From NCBI GenBank assembly GCA_964106645.2, contig CAXKZF020000004.1: DNA of 64,000 nt; one strand, given 5' to 3'. The translations under genes were made by a program, and so were the position numbers. This stretch comes from Podarcis pityusensis. Its lineage: Eukaryota. Shown here piece by piece: positions 13,701 through 27,100 of this stretch; the first letter of the stretch is position 1, and each line of letters opens with the position of its first letter. A model generated the notes under the pieces. The model did not search any database and had not been told where the DNA came from. It saw only the letters and a list, made by a program, of their open reading frames with translations.

Positions 13701-16700
13701 TCTTAATTTGCATCGACATGCAATTTGTTCATATGCAGCTAATCTGTCCATATTATCAATCCATGTGCTCAATGGAATCTTTCTGCGGCTCTTCCAATTC
13801 ATCAAAACAATTTTTTTTGCTTCGAATATAGCACGGTACATCCATTTTTTTTGACCCCTTGAAATCTCCCATGTATCCGGAATATAATTTAGAATTCAAT
13901 TCAATTCCCCTAAATAACAATTTCTTTTTATTACTCTTACTCTAAATAGTTCACCCAGTGTTGATAAATCTTCTCCCTAAATAGGCGGAGCGCCAGTAGA
14001 GCATTTGCCTTGCAGGCAGAAGCTTCCAGGTTCAACCCCCAGTTTCTGCAGGTAGGCCTGGGAACAGACTCCTGCTTGAAACCCCAGAAAAACGGCCACT
14101 CAGTATAGGAGTGCAGCTAGATGGACCAAGGATAAGGCCCCTTCCTATGTTTCTATGGATGTGGGGTAGTGGGTTTTCTACCTGCTTGCCTCCACTCACG
14201 CTCTCCTTGCATATTTGCAAATACAGCATATCTTAAAGGTAAAGGGACCCCTGACCATTAGGTCCAGTCGTGACCGACTCTGGGGTTGCGGCGCTCATCT
14301 TGCTTTATTGGCCGAGGGAGCCGGCGTACGGCTTCCGGGTCATGTGGCCAGCATGACTAAGCCGCTTCTGGCAAACCAGAGCAGCGCACGAAAACGCCGT
14401 TTACCTTCCCGCCGGAGTGGTACCTATCTATCTACTTGCACTTTGATGTGCTTTCGAACTGCTAGGTTGGCAGGAGCAGGGACCGATCAACGGGAGCTCA
14501 CCCCGTCGCGGGGATTCGAACCGCCAACCTTCTGATCAGTGAGTCCTAGGCTCTGTGGTTTAACCCACAGCGCCACCCGCGTGCTTTAACTCTCTGTCAA
14601 AGAAAGCCAAAACCTGAGCGGAACAACCCCTTGTTAATTTTTCATTATTCCATTAAGTAGGGAGAGAGCAACAAGACGGTGGATTCCTCCGCCGTTTATG
14701 AAGCCCAACGAATAGACATTTATATGCTGGGTTTGCTGTTTTACTGGCTGTGAAATGCCACCTTTTGAGTATCTGGGAAAAGATAACACTGTATATTGAA
14801 GAGATTATTTAGTATGTGTAATGCTAACTTGGAGCCTGTAGATGGTGCCAGTGTAAGAATAACGTGACAGAAGAGGCTGCTTTAAAAAAGGATTCCCCAC
14901 CAAAATATACAACCATGTTTTTATTCGCCACTTCAAATAATCATCTGAGAGGTCCCAATTAGCAACTGGGCAACCAAGGCCAATCTTTAAAACCCCAGTG
15001 CGGTTAAAAACATCCGCTTCCCAAAGACACATGGCCCGGCTGTGCCTAGGATTTGACCTTGCAAACATGATCAACATGCATTTAAGGTTACATTACTATT
15101 CTGTATTTGCCATCGGGATTACGCAATCCGTTTTCTGAGAAGCTGATGCGGCTGTTTAGGCGAGACTAAAAGGGCTGTTATTTAAAGCACGGACAGATCT
15201 TAATCTTCCTGCAGACTTGCTTTGTGAGGTTATACGCTGGGCTTTCCAGAAACCCCTGTAGCGTTTGAACAGAAACATTTAACATGCATCTAAGGTTACC
15301 TTTAAAACAATCCAATTAATGTTCAACCTAAATATAAGGAGTGGAAACTTGTTTTTAAAAGATGTAGCTGAGATTCTGACGCCGAAAGCCAAGGCCAAGC
15401 AAAACAAGGTGGCGGTGTTTAGGATTTTTTAACCCGTGAAATTTGTATCTCGCCTTCGCAAGCTGCAAATTCCTACATGGTAGTGTGAGCTTCTGCATCA
15501 ATAACAATCATAATCCCAAGATTAATTTTAATTTGCATTTACAACCTGAGAGGATAGAAACAAGACAAGGGGGAACGAGGGATGGATTAAAAAGAAAAAG
15601 ATATATTTTGGGTGAGCTGTTTTATGCCAACAGCAATTTCACCAGCTATGCTGTTTGCTGACTGGAAAACCTCTCCTTCAAAGAGGCTTGTTGACGTCTG
15701 CATTCCTAAATTGGTACAGCCTGTTTTAATAAGCCTGTCAAAACTGTAGCTGGCAGAAAGAAAGAAAGGACAAACCTGACTAGTACACAGTATTTTTTTA
15801 AGGTTGCTGGACGTTCGCTGTGTGGCGTATAAACAAGGGAAAGGCACCCACCTGCAGAAACCCGTCCGACGCTTTCACTGAAATACTTATTATGGCTGCA
15901 GTTGTGCAATACAGCAGAGAATTTAGCAGTGAATGCATGGGTCTGAGTATCACGTATAGGGAGACCTGTTGCCCTCCAGGTGTTTGCTAAAATACACCTC
16001 CCATCAACCCTGATGACCGGCCGTCATAACTGGAGCCGATGGGAGCTGTAGTTCAGCAGCACCCGAAAAGTCAAAGGTCCCCTGTACCTGCTGAGCACTG
16101 TGGGTTTCTGTTTAAAAAGAAGAGCAAGATTCTAGATGTCACCAGAGGGAAAGCTCACAGGTGTATGGGAAGCAATGAGACTCGTCTGTTGTCTTTGAGG
16201 CAGCGGTTATGAGAGAGGCGGCAATCCCAGTTTGCCCGTTTCATGGGCTCCCACAGGTATTCTCTCTCCCAACACCCCACCCCTCAAGAAGTCCAACACA
16301 CCTTTCCACAATCTAGAAACCACCCATTTCATCTCGGTTTCCAGTTCACTCCTTTCTTTCCACCACCCTAAAGGTACCCTTGACCATTAGGTCCAGTCAC
16401 GGACGACTCTGGGGTTGTGTGCTCATCTCACTCTATAGGTCAAGGGAGCCAGCGTTTGTCCGCAGACAGCTTCTAGGTCATGTGGCCAGTATGACTAAGC
16501 CGCTTCTGGCGAACCAGAACAGTGCACGGAAATGCCGTTTACCTTCCCGCAGGAGCGGTACCTATTTATCTACTTGCACTTTGACGTGCTTTCGAACTGC
16601 TAGGTTGGCAGGAGCTGGGACCAAACAACGGGAGCTCACCCCATCTCGGGGATTCGAACCGCCAACCTTCGGATCGGCAAGCCCTAGGCTCTGTGGTTTA

Positions 16701-19700
16701 GACCACAGCGCCACCCACGTCCCTTCCACAAACCTAGGCTCAGTTTAAAACAAACAATTCTTCCCAAACTCAAAACTGGATACACACTGCCTGCTTTGTT
16801 TAATTCATTCCAGTTGCAGAATCCCAAAGCGAACACAGAAACAGTTCTGGCTCCCCTATGGCTTTAGTATCAACACTGATGACAAAATTAACTATACTAT
16901 CAAACTATATTAACTATACTATCAAAAACAGGCAAGTCTGTACAGAGGTTTCCCGCACTTCTGATAGACGAGGCACATTCTTTTATCACCCTTTATTGAA
17001 GCTGGAGCACAGTTTCTTTCCACCACCCAAAACAGTGCAAGATTAAGCACTCAATCAACTGTGTTCCTTTCTGCAAGAGCTAAGGAAGTCCCTTGACTGG
17101 AGCAGGGACTCCTACAGAGATGCAACAGGCAGCTTCCTCTGAGGGAGGGGACTGCTGCTGCAGCCCTGTACGGGAGTGACCAAGTGATCTAACCGCATCT
17201 GACGCAGAGAGCTATGGCAGACTTCCTTGCTGCTAGCAGGGGCTGAATAGAAAATGAGTGGCGCATGGCTAAGGACATTAATTCGGCGGATGCTGATACC
17301 ATGTCCCCGGGGGATGGGACAGGTGTGCTCTAGCCACTAAGCAGCCTTCTATTAATTCACCACAACCTATTAGGGGGCTGTTTAGGAATTAATGCTGGTG
17401 GCACCCCACAAGACCAGCTGAGTGCAATACATCTGGGATAGGGGCAAGGAACTCCCGTGTGGGAATAAATTTCAAAGTCTAAATCCAGGAAAGGCATGCA
17501 ATGCGCCAGAGACAAAATACAAGGGCAACAAACCTGTAGGCAGTGAAAACAAAAAAGGGAACTGATTTGGGGACCCTTTTTAGTACATCGTAAGCACAAC
17601 TCAGATCTCAGTCAAGCAGCAAAGCAAAAAGAAAGGGGGGGGGGAGAAAAGGAGGATTTCAGGAGCTAAGCATTGTGAAAACGCTGCTTGTTTCTGACCC
17701 TATCGCCTCATCTGACATGGAACAAAACACAGCCAGGAATTTAGATCCAGGTACAGCAGCATAAAGGAGGGCTCTGTCTCTGAATTTGCCATCGACAGCT
17801 AAGAGAAAGGGACTCAATGCACCCTTAGCTTGTAGAGCGGCTCTTAATCTGATCCGAGCTGACCAAGCACAAAATTAAAACCCACTCTAAATGTTCTTTC
17901 AGCTGCCGATAGGAATACGCTCTTGTTTTGGAGCGCCGCAGGGCTTTGAAGCATCGTAAGCCAAAGGAGGGATGGGAACACCATGTTTTCCCGTCGCCCA
18001 CACCGTGTTACTTGCAGTGATTTAAAATCAGGCGTCTTGGCAAGGAGTTATTTGGGCTTGCCATGCCTCTTGGCGCCTTAAACCCGCCTGAAGGCTTGAG
18101 GGGTTCCATATGGATCCTTGCAAGTCAGGCTACGCTCACAGAGGATTTGCGGTGCGACCCCGGAAGGCTTTGCCGAAATCCCGAGAAGCCCAAACCAACC
18201 TCTACCCTTCAAGCTCTCAGCTTCAAAGTAAGAAATGATGATCAACACAGCAGGAAAATAAGTCGTGTTCCTTCTCAAAGCGCTATCTGGGAACACCCTG
18301 GACTTTGGCCGCCCTCAAGAAATGACCACTCTCCCTATTTTGGGGGTAGGAAGGAAAGTACGGTTGACACACTAGAACAGTAAACACGAGTGCCCCATGC
18401 GGCAACATTCTGTTGCAGATCCCCCTTGCATATGTACACTAATTGCTTGTGCTTATACAGCAAGAGGTGGGACGCGGGTGGCGCTGTGGGTTAAACTACA
18501 GAGCCTAGGGCTTGCCGATCAGAAGGTCGGAGGTTTGAATCCCCGCGACGGGGTGAGCTCCCATTGCTTGGTCCCTGCTCCTGCCAACCTAGCTGTTCAA
18601 AAGCACACCAGTGCAAGTAGATAAATAGGTACCGCTCCGGTGGGAAGGTAAACGGCGTTTCCGTGCACTGCTCTGGTTTGCCAGAAGTGGCTTAGTCCTG
18701 CTGGCCACATGACCTGGAAGCTGTATGCCGGCTCCCTTGGCCAATAAAGCGAGATGAGCGCCGCAACCCCAGAGTCGGCCACGACTGGACCTAACAGTCA
18801 GTGGTCCCTTTACCTTTTATACAGCAAGAGTATGGGGTGCTGGGGAGGGGGTAGCACCTCTAATGGGGAACATACTGTCCTCCTTCTGGGGTAGTTTGAG
18901 CACCTTTGGACTCCACCCTGCACTCACCTCTCACCTGTGGCTCCTAGAAGATGCCAGCATGTGACAGCAGCCACACCCCAGGAACAGCTTCAACTGGCAG
19001 GCTAAACCAGGGGAGGGTAGTCACTAGGTCTCAAACACTCTGTGAGTTAGGGACTTCCTCTGCAAGCAAAGACTAGTTCCAGCAGACTGAGCAGAAGAGA
19101 CCAATAATGGGTCCCATGGTCAAGAAAGTGGTTTCTGCATGTGATGTAGAGGGAAGGGAAGGAAGAAAACTCTTCCTAGAAAACTTCTTCCTAGAAGGAA
19201 GAAAACTCTGATCCTAAACCTCCGCTGCCTCACGAGACATCTTTGGGAGAAGAACAGGCTAAGGAGTAAGCCCTGCACAGATCTGGAGTGGAGTCCCCAG
19301 ACAGTTGGATGGCGCCTTGTACGCAAATCCTGCAGTCAAGCTGGTGCCAACGTATTTCTCTGCTTTCCTTTGGGCCACAACAGCAAGGCCAAGAGGGGGG
19401 CCTTGTCCTCTGGGCAGTGTTACAGAAAAATCTAGGTGTGAGGCTGCTCAGTCACCCAACTCGTCAGGCAGAGCCCATGGGTCCCTGCGGAATAAAGGAA
19501 GCAGCCCAGCCACCAAGCGGAGAAAATAGCTGTAGACCAAAGTTTATTGCGCAACAGGTTCAAAGAAGAATTTTGAACCCCGAGGATGGGCAAGCAATTG
19601 TCACCTCTGGGAACTTCTTGGGGTCGCTTTCAAGGGGAAAATAGCTTTGGAATGGAGGAAACTGGCAAAGGACTTGATTTTATATTATTTTTAAACTAGG

Positions 19701-21097
19701 TAACTTCCCTGAGCTGTCAAGTTGACATTCAGGCATAATATTTGTAACATTTAACTTTAAAGATGTGCCCCCCCCCCTGTAATTTCTGTAACACAGCCCA
19801 AGACCTCCATCCACACTGCCCAGGCTTGCGTCCCGAGGAGGTCAGTTTGGCGCAGCTAATGCAGCGGCTTGACTTCACCCCCGGAGGCGCACTCCATTGT
19901 CTCTCAAGACAGACGCTTGCCAACAAGGCAGCGAGAATGGCACCGTCCCCGCAGAGTGGGGAGGCATCAGCTAGTTTGCAGGGGGAACCTGCAAATTTTC
20001 CCAGAAGTATAAAATAACTTGGGGAGGGGGGCTGTAAAATGGGAGCCCACCTAAAACAGCCCCGTGAGGACTGAGCACGCTCAGCGGACATGATGGGAAG
20101 CTGGGGAGGGTGGGATTGGCAAGCACACTCCTATGAAAACAACCTACAGGCCCTTGATGGCTCAGACGGTAGAGCATGAGACTCAATCTCAGGGCTGTGC
20201 GTTCGAGCCCCACACTGGGCAAAATATTCCTGCGTTGCTGGGGGTTGGAGTAGATAACCCTCAGGGTCCCTTCCCAACAATTCTGTGATTCTATAACTCA
20301 AAGAACCGCATCCCAGCAGCTCTCTTCTGCCATGCTTATTCCAATGGGATAACTGGAAAAGAGAATGAAATGATTTGGCAGCGCTCATTATCAGGGACTA
20401 GGCTGAGTAATGCTTATCTCCCCCCCCCCCGCCATTTGTTTCTGTTGACCTCCAGAGCGGGTGGGAATGATACACCTCTCCTGGAAGTTATTGAGGAAGT
20501 GCTGCAAAACAGTCTGGGAAAACAGGTCACCCAAAAGCACCCCTGATAAGCAAAGTTGATTGTAACTTTTTTTTAAAAAAAGAACAACCTGCCTTTTGCA
20601 CAAAGCTGTGACGTGCCCACACAAATCAATAGAAAACAATTTCGTTTGTTTGCGGCCGCTGCTCCTGCTGAGACTCTGGAAAAATGGCATTTCCCAGCCA
20701 GCTACAAACAAACAGGACACGGGCCTACAGTAAATAAGTTTTGTTTGTTCTCCCCCCCCCCCCCCCTGCAGACACACAGCACACAAAAAAAGCCCCAATG
20801 ACTGACTGGGCAACAATAGTGGGACCTGAGGAGTTGGCTGTTCACAGGAAATTGCTAGCACGAGTCTCGGTCACACGGCACATTCAATATTCCTTTCGTG
20901 ATAAGGTCTGCAGGGACAGGGATCTTGCATGTGAACCATTTTGGATGGAGAAAAAGGACTGCAGAGAGTCCAACTTTTAAGGCCAAAGTTTTCAGCTATC
21001 ACAAGGAAGCTCCTTCTCCTGGGTAGCTCAGTTGGTCAGAGCATGGTGCTGATAACGCCCAGGTTGCAGGTTCGATACCCGTATGGGACAGCTGCAT

Positions 21098-21137
<40 letters not shown>

Positions 21138-24100
21138 CTTACTATTATAACAACAACAACAACAACAACAACTTACTATTTATACCCTGCCCATCTGGCT
21201 GGGCTTCCCCAGCCACTCTGGGCAGCTTCCAACAAAATATTAAATTACCGTAATACATCAAACATTAAAAGCTTCCCTAAACAGGGCTGCCTTCAGATGT
21301 CTTCTAAAAGTCTGGTAGTTGTTGTTCTCTTTGACATCTGGTGGGAGGGCGTTCCACAGGGCGGGTGCCACTACTGAGAAGGCCCTCTGCCTGGTTCCCT
21401 GCAACCTCACTTCTCACAGGGGGGAACTGCCAGAAGGCCCTCAGCGCTGGACCTCAGTGTCCGGGCTGAATGATGGGGGTGAAGACGCTCCTTCAGGTAT
21501 ACTGGGTTGAGGCCGTTTAGGGCTTTCAAGGTCAGCACCAACACTTTGAACCAACACTTTGCAGGGTCTCAAGGGGCATGGGCTACTTGCCCTATTTTCC
21601 CACTGCCCCCGTGTGAGCACGTACAAGAGGAACGAACTCTGCACAGGCGCGCAAACTGACACAATGCTCACGAGCAGAGGGGGAGGAAAGGTGGTTTGGC
21701 TCCTGTCCACCGAGATCCTAATCAAAGGAAGCCATCTCCTTATCATCCGACTGCGCCCTCTTCTAGTGGAAAGCTGCTCAGCTCTGGCAAGGGGAGTGTT
21801 TCAATTGCACGGGTTAATTGCAGAGTTGGCTCAGGGCGTATCTTTTATATCTGGAGGGTGACCCAGCAACGGGAACACACCCTGCGTGACCATTCGGGCG
21901 AATGACTACTGCTCCAAACAGGCTTGGCAGTGGAAACTGCCACCTGCTGCTCGCTCAGGTTTGCTCAATGACGCAACGTGCATGAGATTTCTGTCTTTTC
22001 AGGTTTCAAATCGGCCACATGGAAACAAGGACACCTCCTTATATGCCAGGTGCCATGGAGGCTGCCAACGCTGGCCATTTTTTATCCAGTTATCAAGGTT
22101 GTGTCCACGGAAGCGGTTTTTTGGGGAGCAGTTTTCTGGGAAGGAATGAAGTCTGTGCACCCACTTCCTGAGTTTCTCACACCCAAACCTGTACCATTAC
22201 AGAAGCAGAAGCAGTACCTCTAGAATGAGATCCACCCAACCCTTTACTTTTCAGGAGATTGTGGAGAAGCAGCTGGAGTGTGGATGGGGCTCCAATTTTG
22301 GAACTACAGGAGGGCAGAAACCAAACTCTCCTGGTTTTGAAATTCTAAAAATACAAGCCATGTCCAGAACGCAGCTTGTAGTGAGTTTGGCGTCCAGCAG
22401 TCAACTCCCCCTCAAGCAGCCCTACTGATTTTGAAGTGCAAGGTTGGAGATCAGGAGCAGGGAGTGGCTCTCTATTGTCAAGAAAAGATTTAAAGGCCTC
22501 ATTCTTAATGCACTGCTTCCCGTTAGGGTGCATGGGAATAGTAGTTTTTATTATTATTATTGTTATTTTTTAAATACCTCCCAGTAGGCAGAAAAAACTA
22601 AGGTCCTATCTATAAAGGTAAAGGGACCCCTGACTGTTAGGTCCAGTCGTGACCGACTCTGGGGTTGCGGCGCTCATCTCGCTTTATTGGCCGAGGGAGC
22701 CGGCATACAGCTTCCGGGTCATGTGGCCAGCATGACTAAGCCGCTTCTGGCGAACCAGAGCAGCGCATGGAAATGCCGTTTACCTTCCCGCCAGAGCGGT
22801 ACCTATTTATCTACTTGCACTTGGACGTGCTTTTGAACTGCTAGGTTGACAGTAGCAGGGACCGAGCAACAGAAGCTCACCCTGCTGCGGGGATTCGAAC
22901 TGCCGACCTTCTGATCAGCAAGTCCTAGACTCTGTGGTTTAACCCACAGCGCCACCCGCGTCCCTGGTCCTATCTATACCATGCATTTAAAAGTCCTGGG
23001 AGCTATAGTTCATCCCTCACAGAACTACAATTCTCAGCAGCAAAGTTCCTTGATTCTCTGGAAGAAACCCTGTGCCGTTGTTTATCAATAGCACATATTC
23101 AGAGTAAGTTGCGATTCCTGCATTGCCTTTCCAACTCTACAGCTCTATGATTCTGTCAATGAAGGAACAATTGAAATATTTTACTGGACAAACAAAAAAA
23201 GAGAGAGCTTTAAGTCTTTGGCGCAGGGAGATCTAAGACCAAAACAATGTGCTTTTAAAAGCAGGAAAGAAGTATTTCTGCAGAACACAAAGAGGACGCT
23301 GCCTGCTTTTTGGCATTCCCCAAACATTTTATTTGGACGAAGCTGCTCCACGAGATCAGAGCAAGCATGAAACATCCTCCCTTTGAAGTAAATGGCCTTG
23401 AATAAATTGAAGTGAGGCTCCCAGTACTGAAGCACCACTGGTTTGCAAGTAATTTATGTACTTGAGCATCCCTCCTTGGTTAAGCTGTTTTGCCTTTGAC
23501 CAGATCAAGCGCTTGCAGAATTACTGATGCAACAGAACCAAAAGGAGTCTGACGAGGGAGCAACTGGGCCCTATTGAAAGGGGTCAACAGGCCAGTGGAG
23601 GTAATTGAGAGCCCTCTTTCCTGCTGCCAATTATCCCATCTGCTCATTCTTCACTGAATCCTACCCTGTCACTGCGTTCCCTGCCATCCTTCTGTGCTAC
23701 ACTGAGCTAAATTAGTGTTATGCTGCTGTATTCATCAAACGTCACGTTTTATTGGCTGTGCAACAAAAAGCCGTCGGGGCAGAACGTACATGCCAAAAAG
23801 GCAGCAGAGGAGCAGGGCATACATGTCACCAGCAACACTGCCCAAGAGCGGAATCCGACAGCCGCTTTTCTTTTAAAAAGCAAGTTCCCAGGGCTTGTGA
23901 CTTGCTGGGGGGGGGGGGGAGAAGAATTTGGGTGGCAGCCAGTGGGATGAAACTGAGCAGGCATCTACACCGGGTGTTCACCTCATTTTGTGACTTGTAG
24001 GTGCACAACGGACCACAAACGACAGCTCAGTCAATGGAGCATGAGATTCTTAATCTCAGGATCGCGGGTCTGAGTCCCATGTAGAGCAGAAGATTCTTGC

Positions 24101-27100
24101 ATTGCAGTGGGTTGGAGGAGATGGCCTTTGGGGTCCCTTCCAATCCTATGATTCTTTGACAGAAAATAAGTATAAATCTGCTTTTAAAAAAGGAAGGAAG
24201 GAATAAAACCCTGTTTCGTTTCAGAGAGGTTCACCGCAGTACTGCTTTTTGAGTCCACGGAATCTGAATTTTGTTGCATGCGAATTACAATCGTAAGAAC
24301 CTGGTTGCTGTGATCAGGCCAGAGGCCAAACTTAGCCAGCACTCATAAGTGGCCAACCAGATGTTCATGAGAAGACCACAAGCAGAACAATGAGTGCAAC
24401 CGCCCTCTCTCCTCCCTCTGTGATTCCCAACCACTGGCCTTGCGATAAGCTCATCTCAATTCACTAAAAAACAAAAAGGCAGTGCATTTGAAAGCAGAGA
24501 TGGATCTGGGCGAGAAAATGTTGGAGGGGATGCCGGCAGGTGTGTGTCAAAGCCCCAACTCCCCCTTTTCCATCTCCAATGCTGATTCCTTGAGACTCTT
24601 AGTGAACACCTGTAAACCACCCCCTTCCCCAGCCCCAGCGTACATGCTCACACTGAGAAATTTGCTGACTTTGCAATGGACTGCTGTCAGTCAGCTGGAG
24701 TGACAGGTACAGGAGGCAGCTAATAACCACCAGCACCCCACGCACGGAAGGAAATACTGTGGGTAGTTGGGCCTGCCCCGAAAAAGGATGGAGCCACTCC
24801 CAAATGGTCAGCAAGGCACTTGGAAGATCACACGGAACTTCCCAAATACTCCACGAGAGATGCCAGCCTGCAAGGGCTCGGTTTTTTCGCTGCGCTATAA
24901 TCTTCCCCTCCCCCTCTCTGGAGGGCTGTAATTAAAGCGTACAGGCTGCACATGAGGCCCCCACTTATGCGCCACATGCGTTATGTAAGCCTGCAGTGCT
25001 CTTGCTGAAAGATTAGACATCAGTTCTAATGACATGTGTCGCCCACAGACATGCAGCAGCCCAGTTTACCCAAAGCTCAATAGAGCTTTTTTGCAATTCC
25101 AAGAATATTGACCAATTTAGGAACAAGTTCCCATAAGGGTAATGCACACAGTACGGTTTGATGGGGAAGCTTTAGGGGCAAACCTGGCTATATGTATTTA
25201 AAACAGATTATTTTCTGGATGCTCTTATAAACATGGGACCTCACAGCGTCACTATCAGGGTTAAAATCCCTGGCCTGCTACCAGGAGGACAATAATATTA
25301 ATCTGTCTTGACTAAACCTTAGCTGTCTTTCTAAAATGAGAATTACCTGTATCAATTTCAAAGTTGGGGGGGGGGACCCTGTTTATACAAGATATGGGCA
25401 ATGATCTCATTATCCCTGGGATGGAATGCCAGGAAATGCTGCGGGCTGAGAAGGAGGGACTCAATGAATAAGTTGTCCAAAAGAATTGGCAGAGGTTAAT
25501 GAAAATGGTTTCCAAACTGATCCAAGAAGCAGTGTGTGGTTCATTGGCAGAGGAAAGAGAAATCAATTTTTTTTTTCGAAATGGTGGGGGCAGCACAACA
25601 AAACTGATGACATCAGACACAGAAACGACGTCCTTTGTAAACATGTGGTTAGAGAGCACTTTGCTAGAATCAATGAAAAAAGCAGCTGGATGCTATAGAG
25701 TGCCATGAAACAATGAATAAGAGAGAGAGAGCGCGCACAGTAGTGTGAGCTGCTGAAATTTTCTGGAAAAGCAGGAATACTATTTTATGTCACGTGTTCT
25801 ACAACCGTTTGCATTTGTTCCAAATTAAAGAGTTCTACAGTGGTACCCCGCAAGACGAATGCCTCGCAAGACGGAAAACCCGCAAGACGAAAGGGTTTTC
25901 TGTTTTGGAGGCGCTTCGCAAGACGAATTTCCCTATGGGCTTGCTTCGCAAGACGAAAGCCCATAGGGAAATCTCCGGGGACCTCTTTTAAATGCTGGCG
26001 GTGGGGAGCAAAGCCTTTCCCCCCCTCCGGCCTTCAGAAGAGGTCCAGGAAGGCCGGCGGGGGCCGAAAGGCTTTGCTCCCCACCGCCAGCATTTTAAAA
26101 GCAGTCCGGGATAGCAGGGAAGAGCTTCCCGCTATCGCGGACGGCTTTTGAAGGCAGGCGGGGGGGCAAAGACTTTCGCCCCCCGCCCGCCTTCAGAAGA
26201 GGTCCAGGACCTCTTCTGAAGGCGGGCGGGGGGCGAAAGTCTTTGCTCCCCCCTGCCTGCCTTCCCGGGCGGCTTTTGAAGGCAGGCGGGGGGGGGGGGC
26301 AAAGACTTTCGCCCCCTGCCCGCCTTCAGAAGAGGTCCAGGACCTCTTCTGAAGGCGGGCGGGGGGTGAAAGTCTTTGCTCCCCCCTGCCTGCCTTCCCG
26401 GGAGAGCGGAGAAAGGCAGCGCCTTTCTCCGCTGTTCCGGACGGCTTTTGAAGGCAGGCGGGGGGGGGGGGGGCAAAGACTTTCGCCCCCCGCCCGCCTT
26501 CAGAAGAGGTCCAGGACCTCTTCTGAAGGCGGGCGGGGGGCGAAAGTCTTTGCTCCCCCCTGCCTGCCTTCCCGGGAGAGCGGAGAAAGGCAGCGCCTTT
26601 CTCCGCTGTTCCGGACGGCTTTTGAAGGCAGGCGGGGGGGGGCAAAGACTTTCGCCCCCCGCCCGCCTTCAGAAGAGGTCCAGGACCTCTTCTGAAGGCG
26701 GGCGGGGGGCAAAAGTCTTTGTCCCCCCTGCCTGCCTTCCCAGGGGCTTTTACATCGCCCCGGACAGCGGAGAAGTCCTCCGCTGTCCCGGGCGATTTTA
26801 AAATGCCGCCCGCCAGCATTTTGAGATCGCCCCGGACAGCGGAGAAGTCCTCCCCTGTCCCGGGGTTTTTTAAAATGCTGGGGGTGGGAAGAAAAGCCCT
26901 TGTTTCCCCCCCCCAGCCTTCAGAAGAGGTCGGGGGACAGACTGTCCCCGGACCTGGTCTGAAGGCGGTTTCCCTAGGAACGCATTAATTGATTTTCAAT
27001 GCATTCCTATGGGAAACCGTGCATCGCAAGACGAAAAACTCGCAAGAAGAAAAAACTTGCGGAACGAATTAATTTCGTCTTGCGAGGCACCACTGTAATG

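Noticed and set aside
19885-19926. Possible HDV-like ribozyme at an RTE-like 5' end (minus strand)
   Set aside because: Only a simple hairpin could be built by eye; the nested double pseudoknot could not be assigned.
20155-20222. Possible tRNA-Lys gene (also 24021-24088)
   Set aside because: Degenerate stems, a damaged anticodon loop in this copy, and fusion to a CR1-like tail indicate a SINE.
21017-21090. Possible tRNA-Ile(GAT) gene
   Set aside because: The acceptor stem does not pair and there is no oligo-T terminator; better explained as a SINE head.
26132-26819. Long ORFs (up to 208 aa) on both strands, and a CRISPR-like look
   Set aside because: They are translations of the GC-rich palindromic array. 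There are no unique spacers and no cas genes, and the context is eukaryotic.
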